From the NCBI GenBank assembly GCA_000165425.1, contig CT868040.1, positions 62,001-126,000 on the forward strand: a DNA stretch of 64,000 bases, given 5' to 3'. The stretch comes from Paramecium tetraurelia (lineage: Eukaryota). The notes under the pieces were generated by a model. It saw nothing but the letters and a program-made list of their open reading frames with translations. It was not told where the DNA came from and did not search any database. Each line of letters opens with the position of its first letter. The first letter of the stretch is position 1. The position numbers were made by a program, and so were the translations under genes. This document shows positions 44,665 through 58,100 of this stretch, piece after piece.

Positions 44665-46515
44665 ATGCAAAAGAAGCAGCTTTAGATCAATGGATTTAAG
44701 TATGTATAATATCATGAGCAAGTTAGTCATCCAAAATGTCTTACTCAAAGTAGATCTCCAAAATACCAATCAAAACCTATTGAACCATAGATGATTAAAT
44801 AAATTACTCAATTGATTAAAAACTCGAAAGATAGGCACACCGAAAGACAATACAAACCCTTGGAAAAGTCCAAGCCCAATTAAATTGTTCAACCCTAAGT
44901 TACATCGAGACAGACAGAAAGTAGAGATACCTCAAAAACCTTTCATCAATTGTTGCAAGAGTTTAGAAACCTCAATAAACAGAATAAGGAGAATTCATTT
45001 AATAATATTAATAAGCCATCTCAAAAGGTGAGATAAATCAGTTTTCCAAATACGGTTCTTCTTAGCAATACAAACAGTAGAACGCGTATCAAGGATAGTA
45101 TGTATTTGAATTAAGGTGATTAAAATGACAAATTGACTTAGAAAATACTTTCGATTGCTCAAACAACATAAATTTAAAATAATTATAAATTAGAATTCAA
45201 TGGAGTCATAGAAGATATGTATCGTTGTTCTTAGGAATCCAAAAACTTATTGAATGAAATGAAGGACAATTTGAAAAATCAAGATTCTCATTTTAGAAAA
45301 AGTTCTCAAAGATGCGTATCTGCAGATATGTAATTGATTTCCAAAAGTCCATTTTCAAAATCCAGATCCTCCTCAATAGATCACAAGGAATCTAGATATT
45401 TTGGTTCTACATAAGCAAATTCGAATCCGAAAGAATTGGATTTGACTTGTGATGAGAATGAGATAGTTATCAACAATATCAATATTGAAGACAGAATCAA
45501 AACTGAACCTGACCCTTTAATCCAATAGGAGAGGGAATATCTAACAGATCCATACTACCTAACTGAATAATGTGAAATCAATTAGCTTATGAGAGCTATT
45601 CTTCTCGATTGGATGATGGAAGTAGCAATGGAGTTTAGATTAAAGAGACAAACTTTTCATTTGGCCATTTTCTACCTTGACTCATTTTTATCTAAATAAT
45701 AGGCCAATAAATAAAATTTATAACTGATTGGTTTGACTAGTTTATTGATAGCAAACAAGGTCGAAGAAGTCATTCCTATTGGAGTCAAATAATTCGAGAA
45801 GGCAGCTAATTATGGTTATACCAAGGATGAAATACTTAATATGGAATTGAAAATTCTATTTGTATTTTAACTTATCAATTTTGTAGACTTTGAAATGGCA
45901 TGTGAATCCTCCTTCCTACACTTACTGGATAAATTGGTTTACAGATCAATGGGACATTTATGCAGAAGATTACGGTTTAAATATCTAGTTTAGGAAACCA
46001 AATGAAGAATCGTATCAATGTAATTCAATTTTAATTAAAAGTGTTTAGAAAGCTATGTCAATTGGTTGATTGCACACTGATGGATATCTAGACTTTGTAA
46101 TACATGCCAAGAACTATAGTGGCCTCATTTATGTACTTAATCATTTCCTTTTAACTTAATGTATATGATTAAGACATGCTTGAGATAATGTCACAAACTT
46201 CAATGTTCCTTTTAAATAGTATAAATGTGCATCTATCAATTAGGAGATAATTAATTTAATGTAATTTTCGGACAATTTGTACAAACCACCTTTGGATTTG
46301 CCTTACAAGACATCCTGCCAGCCATTCAATATGTGGTTGGCTTCTATGACCTCAAGATTAATTATGAGACTCCTCCTGGAGTAGTACATTTATCAAACAC
46401 ACCCTTAGAAGTATTTCATACATAATAATTGTAGTCAAACTATGAGGAGTTTCTATCATTTCAATGCTATTCAAAATCATTACTTGAATTTATTAGACAC
46501 AAGTCAAGAGATTGA
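44665..46515 (+). CDS. Cyclin (A/E-like cyclin box) with long disordered N-terminus
   Basis: MRAILLDWMMEVAMEFRLKRQTFHLAIFYLDSFL...LQLIGLTSLLIANKVEEVIP...EILNMELKILFTLKW; four micro-introns. Confidence 0.9.
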
Positions 46516-46622
46516 AATATTTAATGAATATATTAAACTGATTTATTATTTATAAATTCTAAATAAGAATTTAAAAAAAAAAGATAATTTATAATATTTA
46601 TGTGATGATTTATGAATATTGA

Positions 46623-48969
46623 TCATTTAGACAACTATTTATAATTCTTTTTTTCATGGGTTCTTAACTCATGAGGGGACATTCCTATCTTCAATTTTAA
46701 ATCTCGAAAGGTAGCATCTGCAAAATATTATTTATATCTTTTGATATATTTGGTCTGTTCTCTGTTCAATTTCTATTCGCATCTAAAACAATAGAAATAC
46801 AGATTCTGTGCATCTTCAAGAGAACTCAAAAATCCCAAGCATTTGAGATGGTACCACTCTGAACAGATCTCGCACTCTAAAAATAACAAAAGATATATTA
46901 CACATCATCTCTTCATCATTCTGTTGTTTGCATATGCAATATTGTTGTTGCATATTGATGGCCTCCTTTGGTATTTTGATTTTTAGAGAAATGTTATTGG
47001 ATGATCCATTTTGTTATTTTTGTTTTTTGTGATGCTTAAAGAACTTGGGTCTAGAATAAATTGAGTGTCTATTCCTATTTGGCAGTTCCTATATCGAAGG
47101 CATTTGCAATTATATGATTGCATTCCCTTGCTTCTTCTTTCTTCTCATTCTGATTGCTCTCTGATATAGGATATACACCTATTCAGAGGAGCACTTTTCA
47201 TTGGCTAACTATTACCAAATTCTATCATTTTCTTCAATGTCATAGATAGATTGTCTCTTGTAGGGTAACTAAATGTCAACTACTTGATTTTATTGGAATG
47301 TGATTATGAATTTTTCATCTTTTTCGAGGATCTCTGCAATCCTTTGAAATAGCATTTCGTTTTCCTATTTGATGTCTGCCTCAATTTCTTCTTACTGAGC
47401 TTTGAGTTCAAATTTTTAAAACTCCACATCGTTGTTTTTAGGTCTATGGGCTAATTGTTATTCTAATTTTTCATATTGCTTAAAGAAGGAATAGATCTCT
47501 TCCTTCCACTGATTGTGTTAATCTTCAAATATCCTCTTGATTTTTAGTGGTTGATGCTTGAAACAATAAATGTTATCTGATTCCATATAAATTTATGATC
47601 TTCTCGCACATTCAGGATGAAATGAGATAGTACACTTAGATTTTGAACAGGACACACATGCTCCATTTTTCTTCTATTTGCATATGCTACATAAACTATT
47701 AAATTTCCTTTTGTCCACCTTCGCTAAATCAAAATCTAACCATAGAGAGCAAGAAACATGAGTCCAAATCTTTTCAGCTTTGGGTGGTTCATCAGACACA
47801 CTTTCAAGTTGATATTAAAGTATCATAAAATTGTAATTTTCTTCACCGTCAGGAGGAGGTTCTAAAATACAATTATCTATTACTTTATCTATCGACTTTA
47901 TAATTGATAGCATATGTATGAAAAGTAGGGTTGATTAATTCAAATATAGAATCTTTCATTGCCATTGAAGTTGGTCTCATAGCTCCTCCCAATTTCGGAC
48001 AGAAAGGACACTTCAAAAATCTCCCTTTATTGCCAAAATTCAAACAAACATCACAAATCCAGTTGTTAATTGCATTCTCTAGGCCATAACACTTTTGATG
48101 AACAATAATTTAGCATTTCTGACATGAAATTAAAGGATCTTCAGATCTAACCCCTTGATTACAAATTTGGCAATTATTATAAACATTTTAGAGTTTTCTA
48201 GCTGTTCCTGCCAAATTAGATGATTTGGTCTAATTTATAATTTACTCATCGAAGTATCTAATGAATTGGGATAAAATAGATTACTTTTGTTGGCTTTCAA
48301 GGTAGGTCAGATATTGGTTTTCGATGTCAGTGAGACCAACAAGATCTTTGAGAATGTACTCTGGAGGGTTTTAGATGTTCAAAGTGGGCTTTTCTATTTG
48401 TATTGCATCGATTTGAGTATTTACTTGGAGTTGGGTGTCAAGTAATTGTTGTTCGAGTTGAGTCTATAATAATTCCAAGTCACTTTTGGGTGATTATTCT
48501 TTTAACCATCTATCTTAGATTATAGTTTACTATGTTTCTCATCTCCATGATGAACCAATCGTCAAAGTAAGTGTATGGGCGAGCGGTTTCTTCTTGAATT
48601 TGTTGGCATTCCTGATTGATTCTAATGGGGTAGGATTGTTGAATACTTGATGATTTTAGGATCAGCATCGGTTTGGAAGTATTGGGAACATATAATAAAC
48701 CAGTAAGTAATTGGAGTCAAGTACTTGATAGGAGTGATTTTTGATGATGGTTCCACCCAGTTGATGTCATTTAATCGTTAAACTATTTCAAACAATTATT
48801 CGTAAGTTTTCCCATTATTAGCTGGATTTTAGGGGATTGGCTTGTCTTCCTATTCTTATGGAATAGGATCCAGAACGTATTGCTCCTCAATCTACTCTCT
48901 GTTTTCCATATCACCATAGGAGGGAAACATCAGCTACTCAAAATTGTCGAAGCTGTTGTCCACAGACAT
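46623..48969 (-). CDS. PZP (PHD-Zn knuckle-ePHD) protein with an extra C-terminal PHD finger (BRPF/JADE/AF10-like)
   Basis: CQICNQG...CQKCQIIVHQKCYG...WICDVC; CPFCPKLGGAMRPT...WTHVSC...CSICKQKKNGACVSC...FHPECARR...YCFKH; YCICKQ...CEICSEWYHLKC...YCFRC. Confidence 0.9.
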
Positions 48970-49139
48970 TTTAAATTAAAAAAATAAATATCTTTATTTT
49001 CATTCCATTTATATATATTTAATTATCCCTATTCTTCTTAATCATTTCCATTGATTGCATTTCATTGTTCTTCAGCCATAAAAACAACCCAATTTCCTAT
49101 TAATTATAATTACAATCAATAACACATTCTCTTAAATCA

Positions 49140-50568
49140 ATGTGCAATCCCATCAAATCGTCTAAATTTCCCTCTCCTCCTCTCTCTCCCAATCCGACTC
49201 CAAACACACCTCCTCCTTACCCCCTCCTATCAGTCTGCCTACCATAATTCCCAAAATCATCGTCTAATCCAGACAAATCATACTATATTCTCTCCGAAGT
49301 CCCAATCCACAATCACCCATCTATGAATCACAACGTGGTATCCTCCACGATTATCATACTTCACACCAATCGTATTTCTACCCAACAAACTACTCTATTT
49401 TTGAAATCATTTCCATTGCAATCAGATCCTTGTTCATACTTGATTCGTGCTGGATGAATACTAAGTAGAATGGTGAGATGAGTGTTTAATCATCAATTAC
49501 CCAGGAATAACAACTTATACAACTAATATTAGTCACAAAAGGCTCAATCAAATTTATTCCCTTAATAAATACAAATAGAAAAAACTTTGAGAACTAACAA
49601 TTACTACAATTACTAGAATTCTTAAAGAAGTGAGAACACAATCAATAGAATCATTTCTATGGAACTCTACAAAGTGCTCCTTTGAATATTTGGTTTGTTC
49701 AAACTTTTTCTTGAAATGGGTATATATATTCGCTATTTTGTGATTATATATTGAGTGATTGCATAATTCAGAATGCAGTTGGTTTAAAAATATATATTTA
49801 TTATTATTTAAATTTTGAATGCATTGCGATTCATCTGATGAGGATGATAATAAATTTGGCATTGGGAAGAAGTTTTTCATTTAATTATTGGAGATGGAGA
49901 GAAAAGTAAAGCGCATTCTTTAATCCAGTTTAGCACTAAAATAGAATCTATGTAATAGATTTTGGAGTTGCTCAATATGTATGCAATGTGTGTGGAATTC
50001 TTTGATACGGTAGGTAACCCTGCTAAGTATTATTTTATGGAAAAGATCTCCAATACTATTGCTGAGAAGGAGGCCTTTGAATTAATGTTGAAGGATGAGA
50101 TTATAGCAAGAGAGAAAAGAGAGAAACAAATGTAAATCAAACCAATCATTAAAGAAGGATAAGTGAATTATGATCCTCTCAAGCGACCTGAGAAACCCTC
50201 AAAAGCAAAGTAAGAGACTCCTGTTAAGTAAGAGGAACAACATGTGTTGGAGAATAACAGAGAGAACAAGAAAATATCTCACAAAATGTTGAGGGAGGTT
50301 CGGTCAAAGAAATTGACAATGACGGAAAAAATATACCAATCTCAAAATGAGCAGAAAGTTCCAGTTGATTTAATTAAGAATTGGGATTACGAAGTAGAAA
50401 AAAATGGTAAGATGTGAATGTGACCTTATAGATAGTCTTATTCGACAATCTTTGTAATAATAGGGCGATACCATTTAAGACAGAGTGACTGACAGACTTA
50501 ATAGGTTGCGTAAGTAACTACCTAGTAATATCACAAGTGACATGTGTCTAGAAAAATATGATACTTGA
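49140..50568 (+). CDS. Hypothetical protein; 5' structure unresolved
   Basis: 3' part reads cleanly (ILELLNMYAMCVEFFDTVGNPAKYYFMEKI...) to TGA 50566-50568; start and 5' exons uncertain. Confidence 0.5.
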
Positions 50569-50588
50569 ATAAAATTATATGATTATGT

Positions 50589-52317
50589 TCAATTTTCAGG
50601 CTTATGTGGTTTAGGCATGTCATCTCCTGGTATTTCAACATCATCGAACTGTCTTTTCTATTGATACGAATGCTATTGCTTGATTTCAGATTGCGGTTGC
50701 ACCTTTGTTCTGTTGAGCAATTCATCAGGATGAGTAGAAGTGAAATTCTTCAGGTGAGAATTGTCACTCGTGGTCTTAAGGAAATTGCCTTCCTTGTGCT
50801 TGTCTCTGCACATAAGATAAGTGGCATAAAAGTCAATGACATTCGTAATGATGCAGAGAATGAAGTTTAATAGCACATAGTTATAAACCTTGATCTCGTA
50901 CTCGTTGTAGAAATCACTCATCTCCTGTAAAGAGAACTTATCAGAACAGTCAGCATTAATGAAATCGTAGAAGTGGTTCATCATTGATTATTAGTATCCC
51001 ATATCAGCTGCCAAGATGATCGTGCACAGGATCTCACCTATCATCTTGACTCCCAACCAAAATCCAAACAAGTCCTTATAAAGCGAACTTTTTCTGTTCA
51101 AACCTGCATATTTAAAGTTGCATCCCACTAAAGATATCGCTGATACCAATGGTATTAAGAATCCAAACACTCCTGCTTGAATTCCTACAATCACTTATGC
51201 AGCCAACTAAACATCCATTACATTGTCCTTTATGTAATTGTTCAAATCGTGAATAAATTCTAGATCCTCAGCCTAACACAATTCCGATGAGTTGTAATAA
51301 AATTAAGTAAGGTACTTGTAAAACAGGTTTACATCTACTCTAAATGTATACTATACTTCTGCTTTCGACAACACCATTTTTATATAATTGTTTGTACTCA
51401 TCCTATGCTTCGTTCACCATTAATAAGTCATCGTAAGGCATGTCATTAGTCACTCGTACGTATCTCTCATCGTTGTCATAGCAATGGTAGTTGATCATCT
51501 TGTCCAAGTACTAAAACTAATATATGTCTGATATTGAGTAGCATATAGAATCTAGTATGAGTTGAATAAATTTAATTACTAAATCCTATCGTAAATCCTG
51601 TTAATGGCAATTAGTCTTATTGAACTCTTTAAATTTTCAAATAGAGTCCTGTAGTTCCGATAGCTTCTCCATCTGAACCTGTCGAAATAGTGAAATCACT
51701 AATTGGGCATGATTCATTTGATGGAACTTGGAAAACATTACCACATTTTTTGTATCCATCGCTAGCCTCACCAATTTAAAAGCCATCAATTGCAGAAATA
51801 GAGCTCTCCTTCGCACACAGTTTGAAAGCTTAAGATAAATCAAAATAAATCACATTTAACTGAAGTTTGATCAATAAGAGGCCAATGCTAAAATTACTTT
51901 TCATATATAGGTTCTACAGGTTGGCAATTTTCAGCTAGCATAAACTCGCTGCATTCCATATAATAATAACTTTATTTTTATTTTTTTTTTACTTTGTATA
52001 TTTGTAATTTCCTGTTCCATTTGATTATGTACAATCACATCCAAGTTCAGTACCAGGCCATGTGAAATTTAACAGATTCACGTAGCCTTCAGCACAGGAG
52101 GTTTGGATCTTTAAGTCTTCTATAAACTTGTTATCCCAATCTGAGTAAAATTATGGTGCCTTGATGATATATCAATTTAACTTACAGAGTCCATAAGTAT
52201 TGATTGATTGAACACCGAAACCAAAATCAGTCCAAAGCTTATGAAAGTATAGATTACGATGCAGCATTGGTATCCCGCTACCCAAGGAGTTGCCTCGTAG
52301 GTGTTGAGTTTTTGCAT
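50589..52317 (-). CDS. Multi-pass membrane protein with Cys-rich extracellular domain
   Basis: N-terminal TM, FTWPGTELGCDC motif, Cys-rich loop, three C-terminal TMs around ADCSD; micro-introns. Confidence 0.8.
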
Positions 52318-52330
52318 AAATAAAAATAAA

Positions 52331-55082
52331 ATGACAGATTAACTATTTGTCGGTTAATTGTAGCAGAAAGTGGGAGAATTGAAAACCGAGTATGATCTAC
52401 AACGCAGCATCAAAGATAACACCATCAATGCCAAAATAGTATACAGTAGGTCGATCTAATTAGCAACGTTCCAGAGATAAGATATGCGAAATCCTCAGGA
52501 GAGTTCAAGGAAAAAGACCCAAGTAGTAGACTGAGGAGAGCGAAGAGTCATTGGATTGTAACATCCCTGAGGAGAAGAAACCCTACAAAAGCAAATACAA
52601 CGAGGAAGTCTTGTAGAGGAGACATTACATATTCTAATTCAAAATGTATTTGCGTAGAAAAAGGTATAATTAATTTCATTTTGCGAAAGAGAACGACTGC
52701 AGAGAGAACAAGAGTTCAAACTCCTGAGGTTATTGGACCAACAGACGGAGGCTCTATAGAAGTGGGTCACCAAGGACTCGAACGATGTCGACATGCTTGA
52801 TTTCTTCTACACTCAAATAGATCCACATCGCAAAGGACAGGTGCATCATATCCAGGTTAAGAACTTCATGTATGAGAACCCACTGATAATGACCCTCTTT
52901 TAGTTTGACAGAGAATCCCTCTCATTGGCATTAGACTCATTTCCTGTGAAGGAGAGATTCCATCTAAAGCAAGACGAGTTCATTTAGTTTTTGTAGAAGT
53001 ACTAGAAGGTGAAGCCAGAGAAGGGGTTTCGAGATTATGTGCATTTATTCGATCCCATTCATAAATAAGTCAATCTATTTGAGAATACTCCTCGAATCCT
53101 CCTGTTGGAAGACATCTCAAGAATGAAGGAGGTATTCGATTCAGTAAGTGAAAATGGGTTGGCAACAGTTGATGAAGCCATTAAGTCAATTCGTTAAAAT
53201 TGTGAGTTGTTTGTGTATGCTGTTCATGTAGTTGCTTTTGGATTGAACTTGCTCTTGGAAAGTGCATTGCAACAGATAGAGATTGGATATCTCAATAATC
53301 CTGACGAATAAATATCGTGGAATTAGTTTATGTATTTCTTCGATAACCTTCCAAATGATGAGGAGGAAGAGCCGTAAGCACAATAGTAGGAGGAATCGGT
53401 TTCATCGGAGTCATCTGATGATTATTTCTATAGGATGACTGCTAAGTAGGAGATCCCTCCTCCACCCGAACCTGAGAAAAAGAAGGTAAGGAAACGATCA
53501 GTCCCGAGAAAGCCCTTTTAGGAGATCAATGTGGAAAAGATGCAGTTTACAGTACCCAAGAAAACGGGGTAGGAGAAGAGGGATGTGAATAAACAGCCAA
53601 GTATAAGGGAGAAGTGGGTGATGGAGTAGGTTCGGTAGAAGTAGGAGGAGATTGAGGAGGCATATAAGTTTAGGCCATTTAAGGCGAAGGCCATCCCTTA
53701 CAAGGTGAAGGATAAGAATTATTACAATGAGCTGTTGGAGAGGGAGGAGATAAGAAGAAGAGAGTTGAAGGAGAGGTGCAAGGAGAAGACTTAATAGATG
53801 CAGAAGCCCTTTAATTTTGAGGACAGAAAAAGAGATAAAACGATCAAGTTGCCAGAAGAAGAGGAGGAACCACATAAGTTTAGAGCCAATCCTATTCCTT
53901 GGTATTGTTCATTGAAATTGTATGAACGTAATATGCAAGAGTAGAAGATCAAAAGTGAAAATAGAAAGAAGATTAGAAAGTTTTGGTTACAGGAGAATTC
54001 GAAATTGCCACCTCGTATGTAGGAGTGGATAGACAAGATGAAATTGAAGGAACAAGAGAAATAGTAAGAGTTATTGATAAGTTCTCATCATGAATCACCT
54101 AGGAAGGTCAGAGCAAAATCCATACCCAATTTCAATAAATTGCATGATGAATTCTAGAAGCAATTGGATAAAAAGAAGAAGAAATTGAAAACAACTGTTC
54201 CTGTTGGACCCACCTTTCATGAAAGCAAAAAGAAGGCTCAGAGAGATTATCTGAATGAGAAATCAGTGTAGAAGGAGGATCCCTTGAGAAAAGCCAAGAA
54301 GGCAGTTTCAACGAAACCTAAGATCTAGCCGAGATCTACTGATAAGTTTAATGCTTATGTTGATTACATATTCACAATGAAATAGAATCAACTTGCTATA
54401 GATTAATAAAATGAGGAGGAATAAAAGTAGAGGGAAGACAAAAAGTAACTGTTTAGACCAAGAGTGCATCAATCTTGGGCCATTTAAGATCATAATTAGG
54501 TTCAGTATGAAAGATAGCAACAAAAGTTCATTGAACAGTATCAGAAGAGGAGATAAGAGGAGGAGGATTTCAATAATATGATGAAGGAGATCTTCGTGAG
54601 AGTTTATTAGAGACCCTTGCTGATGGAAGTGGAAGCAGCCAAGAGTCAATAGCAGCCTCAAGAAGAGCAAGAGCAATAGGAGTAGTTTGATTACATGAAC
54701 CCAATCGGCGAGTAGGATGTGGAGGAGTCGGAGAGAATTTCTTAGCAGGATCCAGAAGGTGTGGATTAGGTTGGGGAACAAGCTGAGCAATCTTTGAGAG
54801 AGTACGATGGGTAGGAGATTGATGGAGAATACGATGATTAGATTGACATTGATAATTTGGATCCTAAGTTGTTGGAGAAATTGCAGAAGGATGCAATAGG
54901 TATTTGTGTACATTTATGGTGTAGCTAAACAATATGGATTGACTGAGGAATAGATGGAGCATATAGAATAGATGGGAGGATTCGAAGCTGTCTAGGGGAT
55001 GGAATACGAGGATGAGGATGATGAGGAGCAAGAGGATTAGGAGGAAATGTAAAATCCTCATTATAAACGCCATTCATTTTGA
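52331..55082 (+). CDS. FAM161: FAM161 (UPF0564)-like basal body/microtubule protein with N-terminal EF-hand-like region
   Basis: FTVPK, PFKAKAIP, QKPFNF, KFRANPIP, RAKSIPNFNKLHDEFQKQL..KTTVPVGPTF, RVYQRPLLME; acidic tail; intron near 54900. Confidence 0.7.
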
Positions 55083-55117
55083 AACTTATTATTATCTATT
55101 AATATATATATAAATTA

Positions 55118-58100
55118 ATGTAGAGATACTATGAATCAGACAGATTATCCCAACTTTCATAACCAACCAAGAGATCAAAGAAGTACACGTAGAATCAATC
55201 ATTAATGGTGATGTCAAGGTAATTACGATTTTGAGAGTAGACTGTGTGACAATCATTTCGATAGGGACATACATGAGAAACCGTGGATTTCCTTGGGAAT
55301 ATTCCGTTATGAGTACTTATACGAATGTTATTGAGCGTAGTCGGATGATCAAGTACGAACACTCGGATGCTGGACTGTCGTACACGAATGTGAAGATAAA
55401 GAAGTTACGAACATTTTAAGAGTTATGGGAGAAGAATGAGGAGATTCACAATAAGAGTGAGCAGCATCAAGGCTTTAGGGAATTTAGGGAGTTCAAGGAT
55501 ATTTCTGAGGAGGATGTGATTGTTACAATTGAATATTGGTAACAGACTAAATTAATTGCAGTACGAATTGTCATGAACACATGAATTCAACTAAGCATGA
55601 CGAAGCACGTTATCTGTCATACGCCTAAGCCCTCAAGAATGAGATCATCTAGCGATTCCCAATCGTTAAAGTGATTCTCAAGCCCTTGATTTACGACCAT
55701 CTCGATCATAGTATAGACACCATGTTCTTGTAGCGTCGACTAGGTATATTCTCTATATGATACCCACTCCTTCTAGGTTGTTTTGAAGTCTAGGTGATGT
55801 CCAAACAAAAAGGACAAGTCAAACAAGCTGTGATTGGATCCAAACTTAATACTAAGGCATGGCCATAGACTTCAGTGATTATAAATAAGTTGCCTTAATA
55901 TTTTAAGAAGGTTTCATTCAATATCGATTTGAAATTCGCTGGTTCTGATCAGAAATTAAAAAACATTGATGTCAAAATACAACCCTATCGACCTGTCCAA
56001 ACTAGATCCCAAAGCATTATGCGTAAATTCAACTTTTATAATTCAATCTAGTGACATCCAGGTCCAACAGAATGTTGCGACCCCAAAGTGCACAGACAAG
56101 GCCCAAGTCAGCCTATTCCAATATTTCAGGACAATCCTAAAGAAGTTTGAAAGAACCAACTGAGAATCCCACCTACAAGATCGAAAGAACCAATTAGGAT
56201 GGTAGAATCTCCTTAAAAAATGTGCCTTTAGACGTCTACGAAGTCATTATAGAGGAAACCAACGATTTTCTAAGCAAGACTCAAGTAACAACCACAATTA
56301 TAGTCAATAGCAAATTAACCTATTTTAATTGAATGCTGATGATTTGCCCCTTGATTAAGAAATTGAGTTGCAGAAACAAACACATTCTTGCATCGTCGTA
56401 TCTGTGCTGTGTCAATTGGCGCCAGTAACCGAATGTAAAGTGGAGATAGTCCCAATGAGAGGTGGGAAGGATGCCATTTTGAAGGAATCTCCTCCAGGAA
56501 CTGGGAAGTACGAGATTGTGGTTGAACCTGATGATTTCAAAATATATGTTAAGAAAATGGGATATCTCGTTTTGAAAGAGCAAATATCTCCCAAGGCTGG
56601 AGTTTGTGAATTCAAATTTGAATTAGAGAAGGCTAGAAATCAAGAAGATGGGTATGACCCTGTGTAGGATGCATTGGATAAGAAGCATTCCATAAAACCA
56701 TCAAGTGATTTGATGATAAAGAAACCTAAATATTTATAACCTCCCTCAACTCATTAAAATCAAATTAATCTTATTTAATTTCAGTTTATAGATTTGGTGA
56801 GCAAATGTCCAGTTCCCAATGTTTACATTAAGGTTCAAGACGATACTAATAATAAATTGTACAGCTATCGTTCCAATGAGAATGGTATTTGCAAAGCTTT
56901 ATTGCAGAACAAAAGTATTTTCCATATGCAATATTAAATTAGTTACTAAAGGCAAAATATTCATTCAACATGTGGAATACTATGATGAAATACAAGATAT
57001 CAACGAATTGCACCCTTTGTCTGCAACTTCCATAAACCACTACTACATTATACACAAGCCTCAGCAATCCCAACTGATTGTCTTGATAGTCAACAAACCA
57101 AATGAAGGATTCCTGAATTTCTATATAATTTTGGAAAGTAATAATACACATCCAATATATTATAGATAAACAAGTGATTCAAAATGATTCCGACATTCAA
57201 CAATATCAAAATCCGAAAGATGGAATTCAGTTGATCAGTTTCTTGAATCTCTAGAACAAAAGAGATATTCTATAATTGGTCGCCTGTCTACCCAAATTAA
57301 AGATGGATTCTATTGAAAAAATGTATGTCCTGACTCCAAACCAAATTGAACGACATGAATTACCTCAATTACCTTAAGAACAAGGCTCATTATATCCCTA
57401 CTTCTGGATCCTAGGGTCATTAAAAGAACCATATGAAGCATTTGATGTGGTTAATCAAATCATCAACACAACTCAGTTGAAAACATATCCTAATCTTACC
57501 AAATCACACAAAAATCCACTAGAAGTAGCATAATGCGCATTCTAATCACCAAATCTGATTGTTGCTGCCAATCAAAATGGTAGTGTTAGCATATGGAATT
57601 TGGACAGTTACTTAATCGATATTACAATTAATTGCAAATTCTCTGATCATGTCAATACCATAATCATTTGGGATGATGACAATGTTATGATCTCTGATAA
57701 TGCTGGTTCAGTAGTCTGGTTGAAGAAGGATGACGAAACCCAATAGTTCACCCTCATATATACATTGGCAATCAACAAAAAGACTAATTCCATGTGCAAA
57801 GTAGGAGCTGAAGGATTGGCTTTGGGAACTGTAGATGGAGACTTGGTGCTAGTCAAAGTAGATTTAAGACAATTGCAACTGTATATTGATGCTACTGTCT
57901 AAGTGGAATCTTCCACACAAACTGTTGATCCAATCAATAAGATGGTTTCCATTACAAATGACCAAATAGCCTTCTTGTGTGATAATAGCAAATCCATTTT
58001 CATCTATAAGATTGAGAAGTCATTGGATAAGCCTTTGAGTGGAACACTCATTAAACAAGCAATAATCAAAGGCTATCTGAGTGGAGGATAACCGATACTC

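Noticed and set aside
53498..55073. Leu-rich, membrane-like minus-strand ORFs
   Set aside because: Antisense to the Glu/Lys/Gln-rich FAM161-like CDS
55530..55575. Selenoprotein (CxxU) reading of the Rdx domain
   Set aside because: After removing intron 55539-55561 the motif is TGT ACG AAT TGT (CTNC); no in-frame TGA
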